Assembly: GCA_963514005.1 (NCBI GenBank)
Contig: OY740805.1
Location: forward strand, 36,704,001 to 36,768,000
Direction of reading: 5' to 3'
Length of the DNA: 64,000 bases
Origin: Raja brachyura
Lineage: Eukaryota
The notes below the pieces were generated by a model. It worked only from the letters and a program-made list of their open reading frames with translations, ran no database searches and was not told where the DNA came from. The translations under genes were made by a program, and so were the position numbers. Each line of letters begins with the position of its first letter. Position 1 is the first letter of the stretch. Shown here in pieces: positions 39,720 through 52,084 of the stretch.

Positions 39720-41720
39720 TAGGAACTATAAAAATAAAAGAGAAGAAGTACAACATAGCAAAGATTAGCTGGAAGCAAGAGGATTGTGTAATGTTTAATG
39801 AGCAACAGAAGATAACTAAAAAGGCAATACGGGGAGAAAAGATGAGGTACGAAGGTAAGCTAACCAAGAATATAAAAGAGGATGGCAAAAGCTTATTTAG
39901 CTATGTGAAGAGGAAAAAAATACTTAAGACCAAAGTTGGACCCTTGAAGTCAGGTAAGGGTGAATTTATAATGGGAACAAGGAAATGGCAGATGAGTTGA
40001 ACAGGTACTTTGGATCGGTCTTCACAAAGGAGGACATAAACAATCTATCTGATATAGTAGTGGCCAGAGGATCTGGGGTGACGGAGGAACTGAAGGAAAT
40101 CCACATTAGCCAGGGAACGGTGTTGGGTAGGCTGATTGGATAGAAGGCTGTTAAATCCCCAGGGTCTCATGGTCTGCATTCCAGGATACCTAGGGCAGTG
40201 TCTTTCGAAATCGTGGACGCATCGGTGCTCATTTTCCCAATATTCTCAGATTTAGGACCAGTTCCTGTAGATTGGATGGTGGCTAATGTCATCCCACTTT
40301 TCAAGAAAAGCGGGAGAGAGAAAACATGGAATTATAGACCAGTTCGCATGACATCGGTGGTGGGGAAGATGCTGGATTCAATCATAAAGATGTGACAGCG
40401 GCACATTTGAATAGCAGTAACAGGATCGGTCCGAGTCAGCTTGGATTTACGAAGGGGAAATCATGCTTGGCTAATCTTATGGCATTTTTTGAGGATGCAC
40501 CTGGGAAAATGTACAAGGCAGAGCCAGTGGATGTAGTGTACCTGGACTTTCAGAAAGCATTTGATAAGGTCCCACATATGAGATTAGTGGGCAAAATTAG
40601 GGCACATGGTATTGGGGGTAGAGTGCTGACATGGATATAAAATTGGTTGGCAGACAGGAAACAAAGAGTAGGGATTAACAGGTCCCGTTCAGAATGCCAG
40701 GCAGTGACTAGTGGGCTACCGCAATGCTCGGTGCTGGGACCGCAGCTATTTACAATATACATCAATGATTTGGATGAAGGGATTCAGTGTAAAATTAGCA
40801 CGTTTTAGATTACACAAAGCTGGGTAGCAGTGTGGACTGTGAAGAGGATGCTATGAGAATGCAGGTTGACTTGGACAGGTTGAGTGAGTGGGCAGATGCA
40901 TGGCAGGTGCAGTTTAATGTGGATAAATATGAAGTTAACCACTTTGGTAACAAAAACAGGAATTACGATTATTATCTCAATGGTGTCAATTTGGGAAGAG
41001 TGGAAGTACAACGGGTGGTCCTTATTCATTAGTCAATGAAAGTAGGCATGCAGGTACAGTAGGCAGTGAAGAAAGCGAATGGCATAAAGGCATGGATAAC
41101 AAGAGAATTGAGTATAGGAGCAAAGAGGTCCTTCTGCAGTGGTACTGGGCCCTAGTGAGACCACGCCTGGAGTTGTGTGTACAGTTTTGGTCTCCAAATT
41201 TGAGGAAGGGTATTCTTGCTATCGAAGGGGTGCAGCGTAGGTTCACATGGTTAATTCCCGGGATGGCGGGACTGTCATATGCTGAGAGAATAGAGCGGCT
41301 GGGCGTGCATACTCTGGGATCTAGAAGTAGGAGGACAGGGGTTCTTATTGAAACATAAGATTATTAACGGGTTGGATACGCTAGAGGCAGGAAACATGTT
41401 CCCGATGTTGCGGGACTCCAGAACCAGGGGCCACAATTTAACAATAAGGCGTAAGCCATTTAGAACGGAGATGAGAAAACACTTTTTCACACAGAGAATT
41501 GTGAGTCTGCGGAATTGTCTGCGATCGGTGGAGGCCGGTTCTCTGGAAACTTTCAAGTGAGAGCTAGATAGGTCTCCTAAAGATAACGGAGTCAGGGTAA
41601 ATAGGGAGATATTGGGAGAAGGCAGGAATGGGGTACTGATTGTGGATGATCAGCCACGAACACATTGAATGGCGGTGCTGACTTGAAGGGCCCTACGGCC
41701 TACTCCTGCACCTATTGTCT
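39720..41720 (+). mobile_element. CR1 LINE, decayed (paralog of 305-2070/6513-6750, without the L1)
   Basis: YRPVRMTSVVGKML, YLDFQKAFDKVPH; same 5' junction as the copy at 305. Confidence 0.9.
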
Positions 41721-42113
41721 ATCATCTATTGGGACAAAGTAGAGATGGTTGAAAACTTCAAATTCCAAGAGATCAAACTCACCAATTACTTCTCCTGGAA
41801 CACCCATATTGAAGCAACGATCAAGAAAGCACTCCATGGCCACCGTGGCCACTCCCTCTTCTTCCATCTCCCATTGGGCAAAAGGTGTAGAAGTGTGAAA
41901 ACGCACACCTCCAGATTCAGGGACAGTTTTTTCCCAGCTGTTATCAGGTACCTGACTCTCTACCACTACTAGAGAGAAGCCCTGAACTACTATCCACCTC
42001 ATTGGTGACCCAGGGACTATATTCTATCGTACTCTACTGGCTTTACCTTGAACTAAACGTTACTCCCATATTATGTATCTCTAAACTGTAAATGCCTCAA
42101 TTGTGATCACCTC

Positions 42114-42476
42114 NNNNNNNNNNNNNNNNNNNNNNNNNNNNNNNNNNNNNNNNNNNNNNNNNNNNNNNNNNNNNNNNNNNNNNNNNNNNNNNNNNNNNNN
42201 NNNNNNNNNNNNNNNNNNNNNNNNNNNNNNNNNNNNNNNNNNNNNNNNNNNNNNNNNNNNNNNNNNNNNNNNNNNNNNNNNNNNNNNNNNNNNNNNNNNN
42301 NNNNNNNNNNNNNNNNNNNNNNNNNNNNNNNNNNNNNNNNNNNNNNNNNNNNNNNNNNNNNNNNNNNNNNNNNNNNNNNNNNNNNNNNNNNNNNNNNNNN
42401 NNNNNNNNNNNNNNNNNNNNNNNNNNNNNNNNNNNNNNNNNNNNNNNNNNNNNNNNNNNNNNNNNNNNNNNNNNNN
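42114..42476. other. Assembly gap, probably hiding the gene C leader exon
   Basis: Left flank matches sequence upstream of the leaders of A and B; right flank matches the leader-V intron of B (26560 onward). Confidence 0.85.
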
Positions 42477-42724
42477 GTTGAGTGTAGATCCATAAGAGCA
42501 GCGGATGGCTCATTATCACCCCAGGTTTATTCTGTCATTCAGTGAGACCCCGGGGTTGAAAGTGGGATGTTTAGATTTTTCCAGATTTTTCGAAACGCTG
42601 AGACATGGGAAGGCCATGATCCTAACGCGAGTAAATGGGATTGTGCAGATTGGGGTAATGGATGGCATTGACTGGGTGGGCCGAAAGGCCAGCGCGGAAA
42701 CTGTAAGATTATTTCTGGTTTCAG

Positions 42725-43057
42725 GTGCTGTTGGGTCCGACGAATCGATCATACAATCACCAAAGAATATTACAGTTACTGAAGGCGGGACTGTGCGGAT
42801 AAACTGTGCATTTGTTGGCAAGACAAACAGTTCAATTGGGGCCATTAGTTGGTACAAAGATGTGGAAACTCGTTCCGTTTGCAACACGAGTGGCGACTAT
42901 TATGGTCGCGTTCAGAAATATAGTTCACAGGGAATTCTAAAAGAATCCATCGAAATCACTGACCTGCAAATTAACGAGACAGGAACGTATTACTGCCGAG
43001 TGACTGGTTTCACAGGGGGAATATATAATGGTCACGGCACAGAAGTCAGAGTCACAC
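42725..43057 (+). CDS. Gene C Ig V-set exon (NKp30/NCR3-like, joined VJ)
   Basis: tttcag| ... C|gtaagt, 333 nt, phase 1-1; 97 of 111 aa identical to the gene B V by manual alignment. Confidence 0.93.
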
Positions 43058-43129
43058 GTAAGTTTTCGGGATCGTAACTTTATCTTTACTGTTCTTAAAA
43101 AACATTCCTAATTCGACTCAACTTGCCTT

Positions 43130-43720
43130 TGTGTGCAGGAAGGAACTGCAGATAGACTCAAAAAACATTGAGTAATTCAGCTGGACAGGCAGCATCTCTG
43201 GAGAGAAGGAATGTGTGACGTTTCGGGTCGAGACCCTTCTTCAGACTGGTTAGGGATAAGGGAAACAAGAGATATAGGCGATGATGTAGATATATAATGA
43301 ATGACAGATGTGGAAAAAGGTAACGATGCTAAATGAAACAGGCCATTGATAGCTGTTTGTTGGGTGAAAACGTGAAGCTGGTGGGACTTGGGTGGGGGAG
43401 GGGTGGTGGGGGGGGTGGGATGCAGGGATTACTTGTTGGAATAGGAGGAAGAATTAAAGTGTTTAGCAACTGGGAGATCAGGTAGGTCCAGGTGCGAATG
43501 TGTTCAGCGAAACAATCGGCCGGTCTGCGTTTGGTCTCGCCGATGTTTTAGAGTCCACATCCGGAACAAGAGCTGCAGTAGATGAGGTTGGAGGAGGTGC
43601 AAGTTAACCACTGCCTCACCTGAAAGGACTGTCGGGGTCCCTGGAGAGAGTCGAGGGAGGGGGTACAGTGACACGTGTTGCACCTTCTGCATTTGCAGGG
43701 GAAGGTACCTGGGGAGGGGC
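43130..43720 (-). mobile_element. Penelope-like element fragment (GIY-YIG region and terminal repeat)
   Basis: GTFPCKCRRCNTC...LTCTSSNLIYCSSCSGCGL, typical PLE endonuclease Cys motif. Confidence 0.75.
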
Positions 43721-43949
43721 GTGGTGTGGATGGGAAGGGATGAGCTAACCAGGGAGTTGTGGTGGGAACGGCCTGTGCGGAAGGCGAAAAGGTGTGGAGA
43801 TGGGTAAATATGAGGAACTCCAGATGCTGGTTTACACCGAAGAGTGCTGGAGTAACTCTGCGGGTCAGCAACATCTCTGGAAAGAAGGAACGGGTGACGT
43901 CTTGGGACCTTTCTTCAGACTGAGAGTCAGGAGGGAGGGATATGGCAGG

Positions 43950-44500
43950 CGCTAGTGAGACCACACCTGGAGTACTGTGTGCATATTTGGTCCCCTAATT
44001 TGAGGAAGGACATTCTTGCTATTGAGGGAGTGCTGCGTAGGTTCACCAGGTTAATTCTAGGGATGGCGGGACTGTCATTTGCTGAGAGAATGGAGTGGCT
44101 GGGCTTGTATAGTTTGGAGTTTCGAAAAATGAGAGGGGATCTTATTGAACCATATAAGATTATTAATGGTTTGGACACGCTAGAGGCAGGAAACATGTTC
44201 CCGACGTTGGGGGAGTCCAGAACCACGGGCCACACAGTTCACGAATAAGGGGTTAGCCATTTGAACTGAGACGAGGAAACACTTTTTCTCACAGAGAGTT
44301 GTGAATCTGCGGAATGATCTGCCTCAGAGGGCGGTGGAGGTGGGTTCTCTGGATACATTCAAGAGAGAGCCAGATAGGGCTCTTAAAGGTAGCGGAGTTA
44401 GGGGATCTGGAAGGCAGGAACGGGGTACTGATTAGGGATGATCAGCTATGGTCACATTGAATGGCAGCGCTGGCTCGAAGGGCCGAATGGTTTACTTCTG
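43950..44500 (+). mobile_element. CR1 3' fragment
   Basis: RPHLEYCVHIWSP and MRGDLIE motifs. Confidence 0.85.
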
Positions 44501-45011
44501 CGACAGATCAAAGCAGACGATGACCAGAACGATGATGTTGGCTGAGGGAAAGGTGACAAGGAGGCATGCAATCCGTGAAATTAATCAAGGGGGGCAGTGA
44601 AACGTGGGAGAACTAGGATGGGGAGCGTCGGAGAGAGCGGGGATGCAAGAGTATTTGGAATTAGAGAAGGCAATAATCATACCGCTGGGGTGTAACACCA
44701 CAGAGACGAAGAGGTGTGTAGTTAATTGGCTTGGTATAAAAGTAAATTGTCCCTAGTGTGTGTAGGATAGCGTTAGTGTGTGGGGATCGCTGGTCGGTGC
44801 GGATTCGGTGGGCCGAAGGGCCTGTTTCCGCGCTGCATCTCTAAACTAAAACAAAACTTTAAAACAAAAACACTTTAATGCCTTCTCTCCATAACACCCG
44901 ACACCCGTACTAATCATGAATCTATCAATCTCCGCCCTTAAAATATATAAATTGGCTTGCCCTGCACATCACAGGTTGCCGTGCCTTTACTGTATTTTTA
45001 TTTCTCAACAG

Positions 45012-45143
45012 CGTCTGATCGGGGCGGCAAGGATTCAAATCGAAATTATATCTTTCCGCTTGTATTTGCACTCTTGGGCGTAGCGTTGCTTGGGATGGTA
45101 TTGATTCTCATCATTTACCTGCGACGCCTCGGTCGATCTCCAG
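45012..45143 (+). CDS. Gene C stalk/TM exon, uncharged TM: PSDRGGKDSNRNYIFPLVFALLGVALLGMVLILIIYLRRLGRSP
   Basis: Acceptor tttttatttctcaacag|, 132 nt phase 1-1, donor CAG|gtaata; hydrophobic span followed by an RR stop-transfer. Confidence 0.9.
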
Positions 45144-45511
45144 GTAATAACATCAAGTCAACTCAAATCAAGTCAAGTTTATTTGTCACATACAAGAAGA
45201 TGTGCAGTGAAATGAAAGTGAGATGAAAGATGTGCAGGGCAATGCCTGCGGATTGTGAAAAACACCAGAACAACCTTCTCTCCATACCCCCTGACACATT
45301 TAGCCAAAAGGGCCAGATCTAACTCCCTCCTAAATACAGCCAATGAACTGGCCTCAACTACCTTCTGTGGCAGAGAATTCCACAGATTCACCATTCACTG
45401 TGTGAAAAATCATTTTCTCATCTCGGACCTAAAAGACTTCCCCCTTATCCTTAAACTGTGACCCCTTGTTCTGGAGTTCCCCAACATCAGGAACAATCTT
45501 CCTGCATCTAG

Positions 45512-45735
45512 TGTTAAAGAAGGAACTGCAGATGCTGGAGAATCGAGGGTTACACAAAAAGCTGGAAAAACTCAGCGGGTGCAGCAGCATCTAAGGAGCG
45601 AAGGAGATAGGCGACGTTTCGGGTCGAGACCCTTCTTCAGACTGCGGAAGGGTCTCGACCCGAAACGTCGCCTATCTCCTTCGCTCCTTAGATGCTGCTG
45701 CACCCGCTGAGTTTTTCCAGCTTTTTGTGTAACCC
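45512..45735. mobile_element. Young Penelope-derived inverted terminal repeat insertion forming a perfect hairpin, with TSD
   Basis: Arms 45547-~45635 and ~45647-45735 are exact reverse complements; ttcctgcatctag duplicated at 45499-45511 and 45736-45748. Confidence 0.75.
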
Positions 45736-47446
45736 TTCCTGCATCTAGCCTGTTCAACTCCTTAACCATAAGGAGTCACGGGGAGAAAGTACAAACCTCG
45801 TACAAATATCATCCATAGTCGGGTTCGAACGCGTCTCCGGCGCTCCAGAGATGCTGCCTGACGCTCTGTTACTCCAGCATTTTGTGTTTTCTTCAACAAC
45901 AAAAAAACTGAACGTATTGCACAGATTTTGGAGTAAATGTTGCACTAAAAACAGAAGCGAGAAAGAATCTTGTGTATGCATAGAAAATAGTTGCAAGATC
46001 TTCATCTACTTATTGGACCCTAAATTTACTCGAGGAAGCTTCTGACAAGGAGATACGAGGGGGAACAAGTTCCGAATGTGGAGGGAGAGAAGAAACGTGA
46101 CACAGGGGATTATTAAATTTGCAGCAAACACAAGTTTATTATCTCAATGTGTGGGAAGGAACTGCAGAAAGTGGGTCAGACACAAAATGCTGGAGTAACT
46201 CAGCGGGACAGGCAGCATTCTGGAGAGATGGATTGGGTGACGTTTCGGATCGAGACCATTCATCAGACTGGGGATCTGGGGACAGGGAGACACGGAGATA
46301 AGAACATGTAAGGAGTGAGAACGAGAAGGGAAAACAGTACCCTTTCCCTTGATCTCCACCCCCTTTGATGTCTCATTCCACACCTTACACTTCCTTATCT
46401 CTGTATCTCCCTCAAGTCAAGAGAGTTTATTGTCATGTGCCCCAGAGAGGACAATGACATTCTTGCTTGGGGCCAGGGTGCGAGTGGTCCTTGATTATGC
46501 TGCTGGTCTTGCCGAGGCAGCTTGAGGAATAAATCGAGTCAATAAGAACGAGGTTGGTTCGTGTGATGGTCTGGGCTGCGTCCACAATTCAATGCAATTC
46601 CTTGCGGTCTTGGATGGAGCTGTTCCCAAACTAAGCTGTGATGCATCCCGATACATTGCTTTCAATGTTGCATCTGTAGAACTTGGTGTCAGTTGTAGGG
46701 CACACGCCAAACTTCCTACGCCTTCTAGGAAGTAGGGGCGTTGGTGTGCCCATGTAATGTTTAGAGACATGCGCCCAAACGTGAGATTCATTATCGTTGA
46801 AACATTAGGGCGCAGTGGTGTTGGTTTCCAACGGGAATGGTGACGGACGCATCTCTGTCCTCCAGTTCCTGCGGACTTCCACCGCTGAAAGTATAGGATT
46901 TTGATGTGTGTATGTGTGTGTGCTTTATCATAATTCCTTACAATGCCATGTACGGCAGTGTTCGCAACTTATACTGAAGTGTGGGTGGCCATTGGCCCGC
47001 TATAAGCACATCCGCCCTTTGACAGGTCTTGTTTTTGATCCTTCTGGGGGTCCATAGCCCCCTCCTCATCTGGCAAACCAGGTGGGGGAGACGGTTTAGT
47101 CGCTGACTTCCCGACCATGGAGGCGGTAGCACGGGATTACATGGTTACCGTGGCGGGCGGAACTCCTGTGAAATGGGACCGGCGTAACTGGTACACCTTG
47201 GTTGACATGGGAAAGTTGGGAGGAAGCTTGTTTCGATGTCGTATGACTCTATATTAAAAGAACAATTTTACAGAGATAATATAATTGTGTAAAGGCGAGG
47301 TTATGTTAATGAAGAGTAAGGTTATGTTAATGAACGGACTATATTCTCATAGGCCCCATCCTGTACTGAATGACATCAAATTTTATTATTGGTAGATATT
47401 TTGTTTCGGTGCTTGAAATAAGTAACTTGTTCACAATATATTACAG

Positions 47447-47478
47447 ATAAAGGTACCGGAACAGAACATGGGGCGAAG
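47447..47478 (+). CDS. Gene C cytoplasmic mini-exon (DKGTGTEHGAK)
   Basis: ttacag| 32 nt AAG|gtatgt in non-repetitive DNA; converts phase 1 (TM exon) to phase 0 (last exon) exactly as required. Confidence 0.75.
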
Positions 47479-47564
47479 GTATGTAGTCAATTAAACTTTA
47501 AATGTTTCATCTGACATAATCAGTGGTTATTTGCCATTTTGTGTTTCTTTGTGAATAAAATAGA

Positions 47565-48235
47565 CAATAGACGATAGACAATAGACAATAGGTGCAGGAG
47601 TAGGCCATTTGGTCCTTCGAGCCAGCACCGCCATTCAATTTGTTCATGGCTGATCATCCACAATCAGTACCCCGTTCCTGCCTTCTCCCCATTTCCCATG
47701 ATGCGGCTATCTATAAGAGCCCTATCTAGCTCTCTCTTGTAAGCATGCAGAGAACCGTCCTCCACCGCCCTCTGAGGCAGAGAATTCCACAAACTCACAA
47801 CTCTCGGTGTAAATAAGTGTTTCCTCGTCTCCGTTCTAAATGGCTTACCCCTTATTCTCAAACTGTGACCCCTGGTTTCGTGCTCCCCCAACATCTGGAA
47901 CGTTTCATGCCCCTAGCGTGTACAAACCCTTAATAATCCTTTATGTTTCAATAGGATCCCCTCGCATCTTTGCAAATTCCAGAGTATACAAGCCCAGCCG
48001 CTCCATTCTCTCAGTGTATGACAGTCCTGCCATCCCGGGAATTAACCTTGTGTACGCTGCACTCCCTCAATAGCAAGAATGACCTTTCTAAAATTAGGGG
48101 ACCAGAACTGCACCCAATACTCCAGGTGTGGTGTCACTAGGGCCCTGTACAACTGCAGAAGTACCTCATTGCTCTTATACTCAATTCCTCTAGTTATGAA
48201 GGCCAACACTGCCTGCTGTACCTTCATGCTTACTT
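47565..48235 (-). mobile_element. CR1 3' fragment with (ATAGACA)n tail
   Basis: LVTPHLEYWVQFWSP motif. Confidence 0.8.
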
Positions 48236-49419
48236 TCAGAATAGAAATATGTGATTGCTGCTGTCTCAGCCTCCGTCCCCTATTTGACAGAATACGCTGG
48301 TAGACCGTTTCAGAGAGAAAAACGGAGTCAACTGAACATCTGTAAGGATGGAAAAGTGAAGGATCGATAGAGGGTATATCGACAGTTTCTAATATGCGAG
48401 GTGACGCAAGTTAACTGCGACCTCTTGTCACTTAGAACATAGACGTAGAATATAGAACACAGGGACGGGTTATTCAGCCCACATTATTTCTGCCTAACAC
48501 GATGCCAGGTTAAACTGGTCTCATCTGCCTGTACAGGATCCTTATCGCTCTATTATCTGCACTTTCATGTGCAATTCTTGCTATTGAGGGAGTACAGCGT
48601 AGGTTTGCAAGGTTAATTCCCGGGATGGCGGGACTGGCATATGCTGAGTGAATGGGCTTGTGGAGTTTAGAAGGATGAGAGGCGATCTTATTGAAACATA
48701 TAAGATTATTAAGGGCTTGGACACGCTGGAGGCAGGAAACATGTTCCCGACGTTGGGGGAGTCCAGAACCAACGGCCACAGTTTAAGAATAAGGGATAAG
48801 CCATTTAGAAAGGAGACGAGGAAACACGTTTTCACACAGCGAGTTGTGAGGGTGGAATTCTCTGCCTCAGTGGAGGTCGGTTCTCTGGATACTTTCAAGT
48901 GAGATCTAGATAGGGCTCTTAAAGATAGCGGAGTCAGGGGATATGGGGAAAAGGCAGGAACGGGGTACTGATTGGGGATGATGAGCCATGATCACATTGA
49001 CTGGCGGTGATGGCTCGATGGGCCGAATGGCCTACTCCTGCACCTATTGTCTATTGTCTATCCATAAGCCTCTTAAGCGCCAATGACGTACTGCCCCCAC
49101 AACCACCGATGGCAACTTCGTTACAGTCCCCAACCAACCACTGATATAAAAAAACTTTTCCACATATCTCCATTAACCGCACCCCGCATATACACGCACA
49201 CCTCTCACAGTACAGCTATGCCCCCTTGTGTTCGACATTTCGACACAATCAATGTTGATTTTTTTTTCACGGTGACAAAACCAGAATGGGAAACGTTCCC
49301 TTCAGGCAATTGCTTCGGGATAAATATTGCATTTTCAATTGAAGACCTTTTCTAGCGAGTTGCTGGAAAATGGATCATTTATCGCAATCATTGGCGCAGC
49401 CACGGTACAATCGGCTTAA

Positions 49420-50680
49420 CATTATTTATTATTTATTTATATTTTTATTTATTTTATTTTTTATTTAAATTAGTAGACACATAGTAAAACACATTTTGTT
49501 CGTTGTAGTCATACATTATCAATATTATTCATATTAACAATTGTATAGTAATTGTACTTCAATATATTTTTTCAATTTTTATAAACATAGAAATTAATAG
49601 AGAGAGAGAGAAAACAAAAAAAAGGAAAAAAAGTTGAAGAATGGTGTGTTCAATAGAGTATGCATCGTTGGAGACATACCCGCATCTTATAAAATGTAAT
49701 TCTTCACCTATTCTTTGATTTAGGTTTCAGTCGGGTTCTCGTGCCGAACCAGTTTGCCCCTTCAAATATTCAATAAATGAGGACCATATTATTGTAAATA
49801 GTTCTTGTTTGTCCATTAAGACAAATCTTAATCTTTCCAAATATAGGGTCGCCAACATTTCCGTAGTCCACATTTTAATTGTGGGGGTTATAGGACCTTT
49901 CCAAAATTTTAATATTAATTTTTTCCCAATTATTAAACTATAATCGATAAAAGTTCTTTGATTCGTTGTATATAATTCATTTTGTTCTATTATTCCTAAT
50001 GTTATTAATTTTGAATCAGGGACCAATTTGGTATTGACGACTTCCGAAATTATCTTGAAAATTTCCATCCAAATTTTTTTTTTACAGCTTACAAATATGT
50101 GCGTTAGATTAGCCTCTAAATGTTGACATTTATCACAAATAGAGGAAACGCATGGGAAGATTCTATTTAATTTGGTTTATGAATAATGCAATATATGTAA
50201 TATTTTAAATTGTATTAAAGAATGTCTAGCATTTAACGAACAGTGATGTACATGTTGTAAACTTTCATCCCAAATTTCTGGCCTTATTGTTTGATCTAAT
50301 TCGTTTTCCCATGATTGCCTACATAATTCCGTCTTGGGTGCATCATTATCTAATAGAATATTATAAATATAAGATATCAATTTTTCTGTAAATATTCATC
50401 AAAAAATTCTGTCTTTCTAATTCTATAATCCTGTGTATTTCTTAGCATAGTCTCTAATCTTTTGAATGAAGCCCATAATTTTTAATTCCTGAAATGAGAG
50501 AAATGAACTTTTCCTATAGAAATCACCCATCTTAGTAATTCCATGATTTTTCCATTGTAAAAAACCCTTATCCATCAATGAGGGTTTAAATGTAGCATTG
50601 TTTACAATGGGAAGAGATAGTGGTAAACAATCCAATTTTAATGTCTTCTTTATTTGTTTCCAAATGCGTATTCCACTAAT
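49420..50680 (-). mobile_element. 5'-truncated L1 (intronic)
   Basis: CSLNARHSLIQFKIL and LILKFWK motifs; T-rich tail at about 49420-49470. Confidence 0.85.
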
Positions 50681-51707
50681 CTGCTCAACATTCTATGGTG
50701 TTGGAATTAACAGGTGACGGTGGATATATTAATCTCCCAATTTAATGGCGAACCTAAAACAATGAAGTTGCTTTCTTCCGGCGGCAAGCTTCGCAGCGGA
50801 GCTGTTATGAATGTTAGGATGATGAACCGCTCCATGAAAGAGTCATATTGACCAGAAACTAACACAATGCCCGAAACCTCAAGTCGTTGTGAACTTCAGA
50901 AGATAAATATGTTACTGAACAATTTCCAATCTTGTGTAGGTTTCAAATCTTGTAACAAATAATTCGTGGCATTCCAGAGACAAATACAATGCTCGATATC
51001 TCAAACCAACAGGCCATAGACAATAGGTGCAGGAGTAGGCCATTCGGCCCTTCGAGCCAGCACCGCCATTCAATGTGATCATGGCTGATCATCCACAGTC
51101 ATTACCCCGATCCTGCCTTCTCCTCATATCCCCTGAATCCGTCGCGAACGTTTGAAGAGGGATAAGTTACCGGACAATATCCAATCGTATGTAGGTTTCA
51201 AATGGAGCAATAGAGTGATACAGTATGGAAAAAGGTCCTTCGGCCCAACTCGCCCACACTGGCCAACAATGTCACAGCTACACGAGTCCCACATGCATGC
51301 GCTTGGTCCATATCCCTCCAAACCTGTCCTAATCATGTACCTGTCCAACCGTTTCTTAAATGTTGGGATAGTCCCAGCCTCAACTACCTACTCTGGCGGT
51401 CTGTTCCATACACCCGCCACCCTTTATGTGGAAAAGGTTACTCCTTAGATTCCTATTGAATCTTTCCCCCCTTCACCTGGAACAACTGTCCTCTGGTCCT
51501 CGATTCCTCTACTCTGGGTAAGAGACACCGTGCATCTACCCTATCTATTCCTCTCGTGATTTTGTACACCTCAATAAGATCACCCCCTCACCCTCCTGCG
51601 CTCCAAGCAATAGAGACCCAGCCTACACAACCTCTCCCTGCAGCTCACACCCTCTAGTCCTGGCAACATCCTCGTAAAGTATTGCAACAAATAATCCTGA
51701 ATCTTAA

Positions 51708-51992
51708 GGGCCTGTCCCACTTTACGAGGTAGTCACGAATTCTCCCGAGTTTTCCCCTTGGTTCAAACTCGCAGAATGTTCGTAACGGGTCCGTAGGAGG
51801 CCGTAGATATGTCGTAGTGCCTCGTTCTGTGAGCCGTATGTACTCGGAGCATCAGGCAACACGGGACGTTATTTTCCAGCCTGAATAAAAATATCCACGA
51901 GTAAAACAATCGTCGGCGGGATGCCCCGAGTATCTACGGCTGGTTTACGATATATCTACGGACTCCTACGGCCTCCTACAGAACGGTTACGA
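51708..51992. mobile_element. Truncated non-autonomous DNA transposon (PIF/Harbinger-like terminus) with internal inverted repeat
   Basis: Starts taa|GGGCCTGTCCCACTT; 51780-51806 is the near reverse complement of 51967-51992; second TIR not found. Confidence 0.45.
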
Positions 51993-52084
51993 TCTTTGGA
52001 CTTTAGTACATGGACGAGTTGCTGGACAATTTCCAATCTCGTTTGGGTTTCAAATCTTGTAACAAATACTTGGTTGCATTCCAG

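Noticed and set aside
8697-43057. Rearranging Ig/TCR V gene segments or a shark-type Ig cluster
   Set aside because: The J-like GxGT strand is already in the V exon, which ends in a splice donor; I saw no heptamer-spacer-nonamer RSS, D/J segments or C1 exons. The cacagtc near the exon end is coding sequence.
48291-48341. Possible extra 51-nt cytoplasmic exon (tttgacag| ... |gtaagg)
   Set aside because: After the phase-0 mini-exon it contains an in-frame TGA; it is open only in phase 1, which then does not fit the ITIM exon. Left unassigned.
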